NCBI GenBank assembly: GCA_951406725.2
Contig: OX597817.1
Coordinates: forward strand, 35,092,001-35,156,000
DNA: 64,000 nt
Reading direction: 5' to 3'
DNA from: Octopus vulgaris
Lineage: Eukaryota
In this document: one piece after another, positions 10,876 to 24,350 of the stretch
How the letters are laid out: each line of letters starts with the position of its first letter
Numbering within the stretch: the stretch's first letter is position 1
Notes under the pieces: generated by a model
Told to the model about the DNA's origin: nothing
Databases searched by the model: none
The model's input: only the letters and a program-made list of their open reading frames with translations
Made by a program: the position numbers and the translations under genes

Positions 10876-11855
10876 GGTCACCAGTTTGTAAGGACCGTGC
10901 GATGCGATGCGAGGTGACGAGAATGGCTCTTTAGTACATCACAGCCTTTACAGTAAATATATAATTGAATGGTACATATAAGTGCCAGAGAGAAAATGGA
11001 TACCCAGCCGCGTAGAATGATTAAGAGAATATTTATTGACATGAAAACATGTTTGTCTGCGTGTGCGTCATGTAAACAGAATAATAGATAGGCCATCATG
11101 AGAACAAATGAATGTGTATGTAAGCATAGATATATGCGATTGCTAAGAAATATAAGAATGGCAATGAAGGAGACAGCGAGGAGTCTATAGCCATCGAAGT
11201 GAGAAGTTCATTGACACTTGTAAGAGAATAGCAATTCGTAGTCAATTGTACACGGTAGTTGAAATACTGTATCAAGAAGCCGCAGCCATGATGCAGAGCC
11301 GGTTACAGGTACGTTGCGTACGTGAAGTCGTGGCTGTGATGCTGAGCCGGTTGCAGGTACGTGCCGTACCTGAAGTCGTGGCTGTGATGCTGCTGCCTGG
11401 GTCACGTGATACAGGAGTTCAAGCAGGTTATATATTCGCTGTTGATCCATAGTGAATCAATTCACAAACAGTGAAGTGTTGGAACCTGGGCGAGTTGCTT
11501 GCTGGGCTGTGTACGTAGAGAGATGATGTTGACGACGAAGACGAAGGTTGCCGTAATGCTGTTGGACGGAAGTTGGTAAGTCTCAACGTGGCTGATGTGG
11601 TGGTGTCGCTGGAAATGGTTGTGTCTTTGTGGTCAGTGGCTAGACCTAAAAAGGTCTGGAACCGAAAGACCTCGAAAGGAGAAGGCGAGTTTTATAAGAT
11701 GTAAGCTCAAAACTGGGTTGAGAACAGGCTGTCTCACATGATTTTATTTAGAGGCTCCGATTGGTTATACGCGGCAAATTGGCGCGACAGAGTAAGAGAC
11801 AAACTGCGCCAATATCAACCAATCAGAGCAGTGGACACAATGGGGTCCAAATAGC
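10876..11855 (-). mobile_element. Probable LTR with primer-binding site (Ty3/gypsy-like remnant)
   Basis: Minus strand ends ...GTCCTTACA (10887), then AAC, then TGGTGACC (PBS-like, complementary to a tRNA-Trp 3' end). CCAAT boxes at 11759-11824 and TTATAAA near 11690. Internal 48-bp tandem repeat at 11276-11393. The 5' TG end was not identified. Confidence 0.5.
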
Positions 11856-11856
11856 G

Positions 11857-11893
<37 letters not shown>

Positions 11894-12326
11894 AGGACGT
11901 GTGACCAAGTGGCTAGGGTGTTGCACGTGAAATCGTGGTTTCAATTCCTAAACTGGGTGGTGCGTTGTGTTACCTGCTAGGTCCGAATGCACGTACATAT
12001 AATAAAGGGGAGAGAGGAATTTCACTCGAGTGTACGCTACAAAAGCCTCTACTCTTTTCTACTCTAGGCACAAGGCCCGAAATTTGGGGTAAGGGGGCCA
12101 GTCGATTAGATCGACCCACAGCATGTAACTGGTACTTAATTTATTGACTCCGAAAGGATAAAAGGCAAAGTTTAGCTCCCTGTAGACAATAAAGAAATAG
12201 ATATTTGTAAACAACACCGGTAATTTTCTTTCATGTCAATAAATTTTATTTATTACATTCCAATGGTAGAGATTGATTTTTTTTAATGAGAAACCAGTAG
12301 CGTCTTCACAAGAAAAAATTTGAAGA

Positions 12327-12688
<362 letters not shown>

Positions 12689-12737
12689 AATATTGAATTT
12701 CTAAATCTCTCGTAGAGACATGTACGGTGGTGGGGCG

Positions 12738-12793
12738 ATAGAATGGTTGTATACTGTCAATCTAACAAGCACGTTAGATTGACAGTATACAAC

Positions 12794-12801
<8 letters not shown>
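12738..12801. repeat. Perfect 29-bp-stem hairpin
   Basis: ATAGAATGGTTGTATACTGTCAATCTAAC-AAGCAC-GTTAGATTGACAGTATACAACCATTCTAT, directly followed by (TA)n(GA)n. Confidence 0.95.
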
Positions 12802-12879
<78 letters not shown>

Positions 12880-13365
12880 ATAAACCAACAAAATTGAATA
12901 TACAGCGCAGAGGGTAAAGAGAAAACTACTAAACAATGATCTGAATAAATATATGTAAGCTGTAAAAAAGATTATGAATTTTTATGACAGAAGAAAGAAA
13001 TGTAAGATACTTACGGCTCACAAACTTTTATCCAAATTATAATTCACAGTGTTTATAAGGTATTCTCGCAAATTCTATTGCAACAAATAAAACTTAATGT
13101 TCTTAAAATATACAATCACTGTTACTAAAATAACATTGGGAATTTGACTGTCATGCTTTGACTAAAATTCGTCCCAGTAAATGAAGCATGTAGGTGTATA
13201 AACGGATGTATCTTAGAAGCCAAATGACAAAAGTCAGAATTATACTTATCTAGTAATTGACACGGTCTGAAATTGCGTGCTGGAATTGAAGCAATTACAT
13301 CGTGGAAGAGCCATTTCATCCATCTAAAGCAGGGGTTCTCAACCCAGGTCTTTATGACCCTAGGG

Positions 13366-13939
13366 CAGTGTTACACAAGGTGGTGGTCCGCGGACCGGTG
13401 CCGGTTCGCGAGCCATCAGCTGCTGGTACGCGGCGAGTTCCCAGAAAAATAAGAAATATTATAAAATGCCTATGTAATACTGTATTATTTGTTTCCAAAA
13501 TAAATATAAGATAAAAAAAATTGTCAGCTTTTATTATATTTATTATATATATTTCGTTTTTGGATTTGGTTTGCAAGATTCTTTATATGAGTTTGTGTGT
13601 TGAAGCATATTCTGTTGTGTCTGGAGAGAGTCATATTTTTTTGTGCCTTATAATATAACACACTCACCGGTAAAATTTCCACTTTTTCTTATTTTTATTT
13701 TCCTAAAATTTTCGTTGCGTCTTGCAACCTTTTCAATAATTTTGACTCAATAGTTTTGTGTCATATTATAAGGCACAAAAAGAAAATGATTCTCCCCAGA
13801 CACAACACAACATTATATATTTTATATATATTGTTTCCGGTATATACTAATATTTCTAAGAAATATTACCGGTCCCAGGCACATTGGAGGGAAAAAAGAA
13901 ACTGCCGGTACGTCACATCAGATAGTGTGAGAAGCACTG
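13366..13939. mobile_element. hAT MITE nested inside another hAT-like MITE (outer element starts 13330)
   Basis: CAGTG...CACTG termini with 8-bp TSD CCCTAGGG (13358-13365 and 13940-13947). Confidence 0.85.
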
Positions 13940-14500
13940 CCCTAGGGGGTCTATATAAGATTTTTGTGGGGTCCAGGCAAGCAAAATAGTAAACTGGAGA
14001 TCCACAAATATTATTTGAAGGGTCCATGAAAAATTTTGAATTAGATGTATTTACTGCAAGAAGCAACGCGGTTTCTTTCTCTAATTCAAACTAAGTTAAT
14101 GTGCGAAGAGGAAAATAGGAATTTCAAAAAAAAAAAAAAAGTATATTGTTATTTCTTGTTGTTTGTATTCGTAATTGTGTACCATACTCTCCGTTTTTTT
14201 TTTGTTTGCTTGTTTTTTTTTTGTCTTTATTGCCCTACATATTCGCTAGCTTTCTTACAAAGGGGTCTAATGCTCTTAGCTTAGACTTTTGGGGGAGCAA
14301 CCAGATCGAGCTATCTCAAGTGTAACTGCCCGAAATTGCCGTGACTTCTGGAACTTGACTGAGGAAAGAAAGCCACGAATTTTTTTTTTGCCCGTCCTTC
14401 TAATTGTTGTTTCTCTTGTCCGCCTTTGTATCGTCTATCTGTCTGAATGTTTTAATGTCCTCTATAATGTTTTTGCTCCATATATATATATATATATATA

Positions 14501-14760
14501 AGCACAGGAGGGGTTGTGTGTTAAGTAGCTTGCTTACCAACCACATGGTTCCGGGTTCAGTCCCACTGCGTGGCACCTTGGTCAAGTGTCTTCTACTATG
14601 GCCTTGGAGCGACCAAAGCCTTGTGAGTGGATTTGGTAGGCGGAAACTGAAAGAAGCCCGTCGTATATATGTTTGTATATATATGTGTGTGTGTGTTTGT
14701 GTGTCTGTGTTTGTCCTCCCAACATCGCTTGACAACCGATGCTGGTGTGTTTGCGTCCCT
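14501..14760 (+). mobile_element. SINE family A
   Basis: A/B-box-like head, CACCTTGGTCAAGTGTC CORE-like segment, internal TA/TG tract, CCAACATCGCTTGACAACCGATGCTGG. Confidence 0.85.
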
Positions 14761-15474
14761 TTATATGCATATATATATATGTATGTATATATACATATAT
14801 ACATGTATGTATGTATATATACATATATACATGTATGTATGTATATATACATATATACATATAGATAGATAGATAGATATGCCTACATACATGCATACAT
14901 ACATACATACATACATGCATACATACATACATACACACATACATACACGCACGCGCGCACGCACACACAAACAAGAGACAGACATGAGCAGGTAGATACA
15001 AATAGAAATTTAATTATTTGAAATTTTCCAATTATTATAAAATTATATGGAAAGGAAATGCCTGTGAGTAAAAGGAGAAAGAGAGATGAAAAGAGAAAGA
15101 GTGCAAAATAGAGCGGTTGACAGAAGACGCAAAAAGCAAGAGATAGAGAGGTGGGGGTGAACGGACAATAAAATTCTTCTGGCGGCTCAAAATATTTCAT
15201 TAAAATGTTAAATGAATTCAATAAAATTGTTAGATTAGAAGGGTTAGAGTAAAAAAATAAAATAAAAATAAAGAAAAAGGAAGAGTGGAATCGGTAGAAA
15301 GGTGTGTAAGAGAAGAACAGAGAGAAAGAAAGGCGTGACTATAGAAAACTAGAGAAAAATGGTTAGGCAGAAAGAAAGAGAAAGGAAGGGGTTTTGTAGG
15401 AAAAAAAGAAATAGTATGAGTAAATATGTATATATATGTGTGTGCAGAATACATTGGAAGGAATTTTGTAATGT

Positions 15475-15531
<57 letters not shown>

Positions 15532-15815
15532 ACACTAGCAGAGGCACCCATCGTTGATTGGGTGTCGAATATGGAGAAACAGTTTTACTGAACTTTTGAA
15601 TGACTTAACTTACAGCAAATCTGAAGTTGCACTTTTAACCAGGATTCTGTGGCGTGTAGAAATTTAGAGATTGAGTTTATGGCTAATTTCAATTTTGTGC
15701 CATTAGAAAATACTATCATTATGCTTTACATTTTATATTTTCTCATAATTATGAATTGATATGTAACACAAAATATAACAAAAATATTTCTACAAGAAAT
15801 GTGTTTTATTCAGTA

Positions 15816-16201
15816 CTAGCAGTATAGCCCGGCGTTGCTCGGGTTAGTTTTCTTTTCGACCCTTTAGAATCGGAATTTTTAAAAAGTAAAAATTTTGCAT
15901 TATGTAGCTTGTTATTCTCTTTATGTGAACATTTTTCTGGTTGAAAAATGGCGGCACAGCAGACAAAAAATCGTAAAAAATAGGGATTTTCATAGAAAAA
16001 AAGCACCTTTCTGATGTAAATAATTTTTGGTCTTAACATGGTCCGATTTGAATTTTTTCTTCTACGGAATGAAGAGCAAGCCTTCTTCTATCATACTCTC
16101 AATTTTGGTCAACTTGCGCTGCAGGATCTCGGAAGAGACAGTGTTAATTGAAGGCTACCAAACCTCCCACACACAGACAACTTCAGCTTTATATATAAAG
16201 A
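15816..16201 (-). mobile_element. Non-autonomous Helitron
   Basis: Same termini as 1185-1698 (TC...CCCGAGCAACGCCGGG...CTAG). Confidence 0.8.
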
Positions 16202-16259
16202 TGAATTCTGAGAGAAGATAACATTTCTTGTTCTATGGTTTGGTGTTCTGATGAAAAGA

Positions 16260-17640
16260 TGTCTGTTTAATCTAACACGTGATTATGTTGCATAGGACTG
16301 ACTCAAAGACAAATAGGGACTTGTCATCTCAACTCAAACAACTTTGAGGGATTGTTCCTGAGACTTGGTGGTCATATAATAACAAGATGATCATTGTAAG
16401 ATGAAGGTATTTGAATTGAAATAACATATCTAATGGAATGCAAAGAATGCATGAAATGAAAATATTTTCCTTGGTGCAACTACTGATAATGGTGGCTTCG
16501 ATCACACGGAACATAAGAATTTTGATTGCTAGCCTTGTACCGTTATAGAGTTTTGGTACTTCCAAATTTTATAGTAAAATAACGAGTACTTTTAGTCTCA
16601 AGTACAGATTATGAGGTGGGACAGCAACGGATGGGAAAGAATTGATGAAATATGTTGGATATTTTGGTTCCTTTGTTAACGTCAATTACATTGTAAACTT
16701 ACTTGATCTGGTACCTTTTGAATGATGGCGCTATTAAGATTCTACACAATATCGTTTTTGGGAGCTAAGATGATATGTTGAGGAAGTCATTCATATTTTC
16801 TGCAAATCCTGTGAGAGATTGGGATAATCTTTCAATAGATTTTCTTGGGCTGTATTGATAATTGTTTTGCATTTTTTTTTTTTTTTTGTATCTTGACATT
16901 TCAACTCCCAGTAATGTATGGTAGTTGACTATTGCCTCCAACTAAAATTTAACTTTTAAAAGCTGGGCTACTGAAGCATCTCTCTCAAGTGCAACTTTCA
17001 GGTTAGTAGAAAGACAATATTTTAATTTCCGTCTCTAATCATAAGTTTCTTTGGGTCATTTTCTTAACTCATATGCACATGTACCATTTGCGTTGATTGC
17101 CAGAGTTTGTTTGATATCAACAAAGGGTAAGACTGTCACTCCACCTATCGTGTTAATGCTACTGCTGAGATCTTGTAAGGAATGCTTGGTTGAGAGTCTC
17201 AAATGCAAATCTGTGAGAATTGATTCATACTTTCAGCTTGGCTTGCTTTAGAACTTCAGCCAATTTACATTCTTTGCCAGTATTGCACAGAGGGCTGTCA
17301 TTATGTGCAAGTTTAAAAGAAGAATGAGGAGTTCTGCCACCTGTAAGCAAAATTGTAGTTATTCCAGATAAGATTACTACAATAGTGAAGAAATCTGATA
17401 CCACAATTAGGTTCTACCAAAAGCATCAAGGACAACTGTTCTTCCCGAATCAAATGTTGCCAGTTAATTGATCGTTGTATTCAATTTCTTTTCATTTGGA
17501 ACCAAGTGTAATTCATTTTGTTGAGCATACTTCTACTCGTTGGCTGTTATAACTACTTGTCTAAAGAATCTCTCGACTGAGAGTCATAGCTGTAATCCGT
17601 AGTGGAGCCGACAGTCTACTCTGCTTACTAGTCGGGTATT
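16260..17640 (-). pseudogene. Decayed Helitron RepHel (PIF1-like helicase) coding remnant
   Basis: PKLYNGTRLAIKILMFRVIEATIISSCTKENIFISCILCIPLDMLFQFKYL matches the PIF1/Helitron 'LCNGTRL...VIEATI...IPRI...F.FKR.QFP' motif. Many stops and frameshifts. Boundaries are approximate. Confidence 0.75.
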
Positions 17641-17816
17641 ATAAAGTATTTTCAGTGTAGAGCGGAGCTTTATTGCACATAATATAATAAAAGAAAATAT
17701 TGTGGGTTTATTTGAAGCTTTGCTGTTACTAAACTCAGTGAAACTTTGTCTTGTTGTTCTGGTTATTATGCTAAAGTTACTAAAGACTGGATGGTGAACG
17801 GGTACAAAAAAAATTA

Positions 17817-18363
17817 TTGGGTTGTCGGAAAGTTCGTGCCGATTTATTGTAGCTTACCTTTTGACTTATTTTAGATCATGGTTGAGTCCATAAAATAGGA
17901 TTTGACTACACCTCCATTTAGAGCACAGTTTAAGCTATCTTTTCGTGGAAGAAGGTTTATGTTCCTATAACCTGTGTTAATTCTGTAACCCTTTAAAATG
18001 GTCGGCACTTGATGCTTTGGGAACCAGACAAAAATTACTGCATCTCGGTTGGGATGTGTTACCCCACCCTCCATATTCACCAGATATCGCTCCTTCGGAT
18101 TTCCACTTATTCAGGTCTCTGCAGAATAGTTTTAATGGTAAAAATTTCAATTCCTTGGATGACGTAAAAAGATACGTTGATGAATTCTTTGCCATGAAAC
18201 CACCTCAATTCTGGGAAGAGGGTATTTTCAAGTTAAAGGAAAGATGGAAACGCATTGTGCAACAAAATGGTTCATATTTGATTGATTAAAAATGTAATGG
18301 CAAGTATTTATTGACCTTTTTTCTTTCCTTTAAAAATCGGCGCGAACTTTCCGCACAACCCAA
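17817..18363 (+). mobile_element. Internally deleted mariner transposon
   Basis: TIRs TTGGGTTGTCGGAAAGTTCGTGCCGATTT / AAATCGGCGCGAACTTTCCGCACAACCCAA, flanked by TA. C-terminal transposase WDVLPHPPYSPDIAPSDFHLFRSLQN. Confidence 0.92.
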
Positions 18364-19064
18364 TATAAAGAAGGCCTCCATTTTGTTTAGAGATTATTTC
18401 AGTTTCAATCATTTTCCGAGAAGCACTTTCTCTGGTAAGCTTCACTGTATGTTACATAGGCATATCAAGCAAATGGAGTTGAGTTCGTCTTTGAATATTG
18501 TGCGGTAATTGTTTCAGATTGAAATAGATTATTAAAATTCTTTATCTTCAAAAACTCAGAAACGTGATTTCAAATACCATAGAAAGTATGGAATTATGTA
18601 TTTTTTCATTGTTCCACGTTGAAATTTGTATATACCTCCAAAATATTCATATATATTCTCTGAATCGGACTGTTAATTTTTTTTTATAAAATTTGATTTC
18701 ATATTTTGCCGACTAAATGCATATGTCAATAAAACATCATAAAAATTCACTGCCACACTTGCAGAGCACAAAATCTGAATATCTTTGACATATAAACAGA
18801 TGCAATGCGAAATAATGAAACAATATTTTATTTCTTATCTTCCAGAGTATTTTGACCCGTGTATTATCTTTTTGAAGATATGGCACTAAATGCGGATTTA
18901 AATAACGATACCGTTTTAAACATATACTGTCGCTTTCTGTATATATATAACGTGCAAGCCTATGGTAATATGAATGTATACACTCGCATCTATATTGGTG
19001 CATCCTTATGCGTATATGTCTGACTATAAGTGTGTACGTGTATGCTTTTCTTTACGTGTGTGTG

Positions 19065-19136
<72 letters not shown>

Positions 19137-19703
19137 AAACATTATACGCTATAGAACCGGATGTAAACACTAACGACACAGCCATATCATACATTGGCCA
19201 AGGCTGAAAATCTAAAAGATTTGATATCGAGGTGTGAAAGATAAAGCTTAAATCTTCAATAATCCCCCCCACCACTACTAAACACTCTTTGATTTCATAT
19301 TTTGCCGACTAAATGCATATGTCAATAAACGCTCCTTCATCCCCTTTACCTCCAACTTTTGCCTTTACTAATTTGTCACGTTTATTCATTTAAAATCTTT
19401 ATATCTTAATCATCTAGAGTCTGGCGAGTGATGGTATACTCTGCTGAAGAGGTTTAATAAAACCCAAACATGAATGGAGATATCACCCTACTACATGACT
19501 CCATTCAATTTATAATTACAATAAAGCACGAATAATATACACCTTTTCACCTACTAAAATCAAGATTAAAATTTGGGGTGCGTATAATTTATGTTATTTT
19601 TATTTATCTAAATTCGATATTGTTTCTCCTGTTTTTCTTGACCAGAATTAATCAATCGAATGAGTTTTTCTTCTCTCTATTTGACAACAAATATGTTTAT
19701 CGT

Positions 19704-19965
19704 GTGTAGAGGCGCGTGGCTTAGTGGTTAGGGTGTCAGCACCATGATTGTAAGATTGTGGTTTCGATTCCTGAACCGGGCGACGCGTTGTGTTCTTGAG
19801 AAAAACACTTCATTGCACGTTGCTCCAGTCCACTCAACTGGCAAAAATGAGTAACGCTGTGATGGACTGGCGTCCCGTCCAGCTGGGAAACACATACGCC
19901 ATAGAAACTGGGAAACCGGGCCCATGAGCCTGGCTAGGCTTTAAAAAGGGCGCATTTATTTATTT
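19704..19965 (+). mobile_element. tRNA-derived SINE family C (V-domain-like segment), full length
   Basis: A box TGGCTTAGTGG and B box GTTTCGATTCC. GATGGACTGGCGTCCCGTCCAG segment, (TTTA)n tail, 12-bp TSD TATGTTTATCGT. Confidence 0.85.
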
Positions 19966-20387
19966 TATGTTTATCGTACTTAGATGTATTGATATGAGAA
20001 CAAAGAAAGGTTAAAATACAAAACTACGTTAATTTTTATACACAGATATTTACATGTTATATTGACTCGCATTGAACCATCTTGGAGAGAAGTATAACAT
20101 TTCTCAGTTCAATATTTCATTGATAGTTGATCTAATCGACTGGCCCCTTTCCCCAAAATTTCGGGCCTTGATAGTTGAATTCTTTGTGACAATCTTTCTG
20201 ATATCTGTCCTTGCATTTTTTTCTTTTGTCGTTTCATTACGATAACTTCGCGATGCTCTTTCCTTTTGTTCCCTTCTTGTTATCCACTTGTTTTTGTTCT
20301 AAGTCTGAATAAATACAAAAGTCTGATCACCGTCTTCTTTGTCATTCTTTCATTATATTCTCTTTTTCATGATGAGTTTCAACAGTA

Positions 20388-20810
20388 GGCGTAGGAGTGG
20401 CTGTGTGGTAAGTAGCTTGCTTACCAACCACATGATTCTGGGTTTTGTCCCACTGTGTGGCACCTTGGGCAAGTGTCTTCTACTATAGCCTCGGGCCGAC
20501 CAAAGCCTTGTGAATGGATTTGGTAGACGGAAACTGAAAGAAGCCTGTCGTATATGTATGTATGTATGCATGTATGTATGTATGTATGTATGCATGCATG
20601 TGTGTGTGTGTATGTTTCTGTGTCTATGTTTGTCCCCCCCCCAACATCGCTTGACAACCGATGCTGGTGTGTTTACGTCCCCACAAATTAGCAGATCGGC
20701 AAAAGAGACCGATACTGAGTTTACAAAAAATAAGTCCTGGGGTCGATTTGCTCGACTAAAGGCAGTGCTCCAGCATGGCCACAGTCAAATGACTGAAACA
20801 AGTAAAAGAG
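20388..20810 (+). mobile_element. SINE family A, full length
   Basis: Complete from head to the GGCAGTGCTCCAGCATGGCCACAG...GACTGAAAC tail. Confidence 0.88.
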
Positions 20811-22099
20811 TGGGTGTCTTAAAGTATACATACATGCATACATACATACATGTCCGTCTGTCAGTCAGTCCGTATGTATGTATGTATGTATGTATGTATG
20901 TATGTATGTATGTATGTATGTATGTATGTATGTATACGTGTATACGTGTGTGTATTTTTGTCTGTATATGGTAATACACAACGGCATTTATTATAAGACT
21001 GATTATATGTTTTTCTTTCACTGCATTAAATATGAGGCTAACAACTTGACTATTAAATTTGTGGGTAGGGTAGAGTCGATGAGATCAAACCAGAATTCAG
21101 CTGAGACTCTTTTTATAGAGATCAGACGGATGTAAGATATAGCTCACCTTGGCGGTATCTTAACTCAAAATGTACGTAGCTAAATACCTTGCGCTCTGTG
21201 CCAATTCTCTTCCTAATATTGATTTTGCCAATACAAAGCAAAGAGAAATCAAAATATAAATCTAATTTCCGCCTAAATAATAATAAAAAGGAAAATACAA
21301 AACGGACAAATAACAACCAGTTAGTAAGTTCTTATTTCAGTAGATCGGTTGAATATAAAAGAATTTTTCAGCTACACCAGAATCATTTCATTTCAAACTG
21401 ATCAATTGGCAACACTTCCCTCGCTGGTTATCTTTCGTCCCTTAGCACTTTGATAAAATCGTATTTTCTCTTTGAGTTGTTTTGCTGTTGCCCATGTAAA
21501 CTCTGATTCAGAAAACCTGTAACCAAAGGTTTTTAAACTGTAACTACCACATCTGTTAAGCCCATGATATAGTTTTCTAGGTCTACACTATTTAATAAAG
21601 AGAATAATATGGGAAAATACCGGGAAACCATAACCTGCTTAAAGTAGAAAACCAAGCTATTCCATCATTAGTGATGTAATTAAAATTGCATTATTAATAA
21701 AGTAAACGATCCTTTTTTTATATAAGTAATTTTGGTCAAAAAGCTGTGGAAAAAAATTAGAGATTACTATAAAATTTCAATCAATTAAAATTAATTTTAT
21801 ATAGAATGCCCTTGAGGAGTAAGTTTAATAATAGTATGGTAACAACACCAAGTTTTATTTCAGTCTTATTAAACCTCATCAACAAAGCAGGGTCTAACCA
21901 TTATTGCAGACTTTATAATGATGAGAGAGATATATAGCATTTTTGTGGATGAACAGAGTTGTGTTATATCTTAAAAGAACGACTGGGGGTGGGGAACCCA
22001 AGGCATATACTGCACAAAAATTTAATAAAATAAGCACTAATATACTTGATGTGATGTAGGAAGACAAACCGTTATCTAATTGATAAATAATCTTCCATA

Positions 22100-22263
22100 G
22101 GCGTAGGAGTGGCTGTGTGGTAAGTAGTTTGCTTACGAACCACATGGTTCCGGATTCAGTCTCACTGCGTGGCACCTTGGGCAAGTGTCTTCTACTATAG
22201 CCTCAGGCCAACCAAAGCCTTGTGAGTGGATTTGGTAGACGGAAACCGAAAGAAGCCCGTCGC

Positions 22264-22317
<54 letters not shown>

Positions 22318-22440
22318 ATACGTTTGCGTGTCTGTGTTTGTCCCCCAACATCGCTTGACAACCGATGCTGGTGTGTTTACGTCCCGGTAAATTTGCGGTT
22401 TGGCAAAAGAGAACGATAGAATAAGTACTAGGCTTACAAT
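22100..22440 (+). mobile_element. SINE family A (duplicated at ~33220-33565)
   Basis: Family A consensus with internal (TG)n. Confidence 0.88.
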
Positions 22441-23539
22441 AAAACTGAAACGTATCCAGAAACTTTACCATAATGCTAAAGGTCAGACTTCATCCCCTTG
22501 TTCATTTTATTATAATTTATCTTTTGTATAATTATTGTCCTCATCACTGAGGATGTAATTTTAATCAATTAAATTTCTTGGCTTAACTATATCATTTATA
22601 GTAGCACCAACTTTATTGTTACTTTGATTGCCGAAAATATCTCTTGTTTTCTTTTCTTTTCTTTCTTTTTTCTTTGTAAGATAGCAAAGTATGTGGTTTG
22701 AGGGAAATTTGACTTGGGTTTTTCGGGTTGAGAGACAGTGTAGAGACTTCCTTATTGGGTTCTTTTTCTTTTGATCGATTTTGTCGTCACTATAGTCACG
22801 TCCTTCTTATCTCCGTTCCTCATCTCGCCTTTCGCATCATCGTCGTCGTCGTCGTCTTCGGTAACGCTTTAGTTTTGTCTATTTACTTAACTTACTACTA
22901 CCAATTAGACTTGTCAATTAGCCAGTCTGTTCGCTTAGAGCGGACATAGCTTCCGTTTCCAAAATTAACTGTGATTACACAGTCACCGACAGCAAAGAAT
23001 CCCTGCTGTGTAAGAAAAGATTTCGCGTGAAAGAGAAATAAAAATTAACACAATGCAAATTTACTTTCCAAACCTTCTATCTGGGCGCGATAAATCCTCA
23101 CCGAAATTAATGTTAGGTCGCTGAAGATAACTTTGAAATTTCCTATTTTTGTATTGTCTAGTTACTATAAAGAGGCAGAGGCGTTAGTGATAATTTTTTT
23201 TAAGGAGTAGGGGATAAGTGAGTTAAATTAACAGAAGCTAATGCTTAGTGTTAATCACGTACCATAAGTTGAGATTAACGTGTCCATGATACAAGGGAAG
23301 CGTCTATGTGGTCTCTAGACCTATTAGAAACATTAACCAAATCTTCCTGAGGTCGTACTACCGTTGTATAAGGCAATACATTGCTTACTGTGAATACCAC
23401 ATGTTTAGGTTGTTGCTAGAATGCCTTAGATCATAGGCCTATCTATTACTACCTCCATACATAAATGCCTGCATGCATTTTTTCTAACACCCTAACAAGT
23501 CTATCAACTCGCCACCTATGTATATGCAACAGCAATCTT

Positions 23540-23750
23540 TACTACTATAGGTATAAGGCCTGAAATTTTGTGGAGAAGGGTTAGTTGATTACATCGATTC
23601 CAGTACTCAACTGGTACTTATTTTATTAACTCCGAAAGAATGAAAGGCAAGGCCGACCTCGGTTGAATTTGAACTCAGAACATAAGGATCCAGAACGAAA
23701 GCCGTAAAGCATTTCCCCCGACGCCTTTACGAATCTACCAACTCGCTGCT
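23540..23750 (-). mobile_element. SINE family B (duplicated at ~34665-34880)
   Basis: ACTGGTACTTATTTTATT...GAATTTGAACTCAGAAC. Confidence 0.8.
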
Positions 23751-24149
23751 TATGTGTGCAACAATGATGGGGACAGAGTGGCTTGGATTTTGGTCATCTT
23801 TTTTAGTAACAAATTAGCCATCTCTTTCCTTAAATGTAACGTACCTTTGACAAAAAGTTTATAAAATGGCCGCCTTGTGCACAGCGCGCGTCCCGAATAC
23901 TCCCCGCTACGTCATTATGACAAGTGTAAATTCATAATGATGATGGTTATGATGATGACAATAGCGGAAACGACTATTATTCCTTTTCTAAGTGGTTGAG
24001 AAGTTAATTGCTTTTGAAGGGAAAATAGATTTATGATGCACACCTTTGGCGGTACACAACCATCTCATTCTCCGTTTCTATCTCGATCTTTCTCCACCTA
24101 TCTTTTCCCGATCTTTCTCCACCTATCTTTTCCCGGTCTCTCTTCGTCG

Positions 24150-24350
<201 letters not shown>

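Noticed and set aside
11208-11450. 80-aa ORF with 16-aa repeats as a host gene
   Set aside because: The ORF is explained by a 48-bp tandem repeat inside a probable LTR and has no recognisable domain.
19711-19790. tRNA gene
   Set aside because: It has A and B boxes but no convincing cloverleaf. It continues into a SINE body with a tail and TSD.
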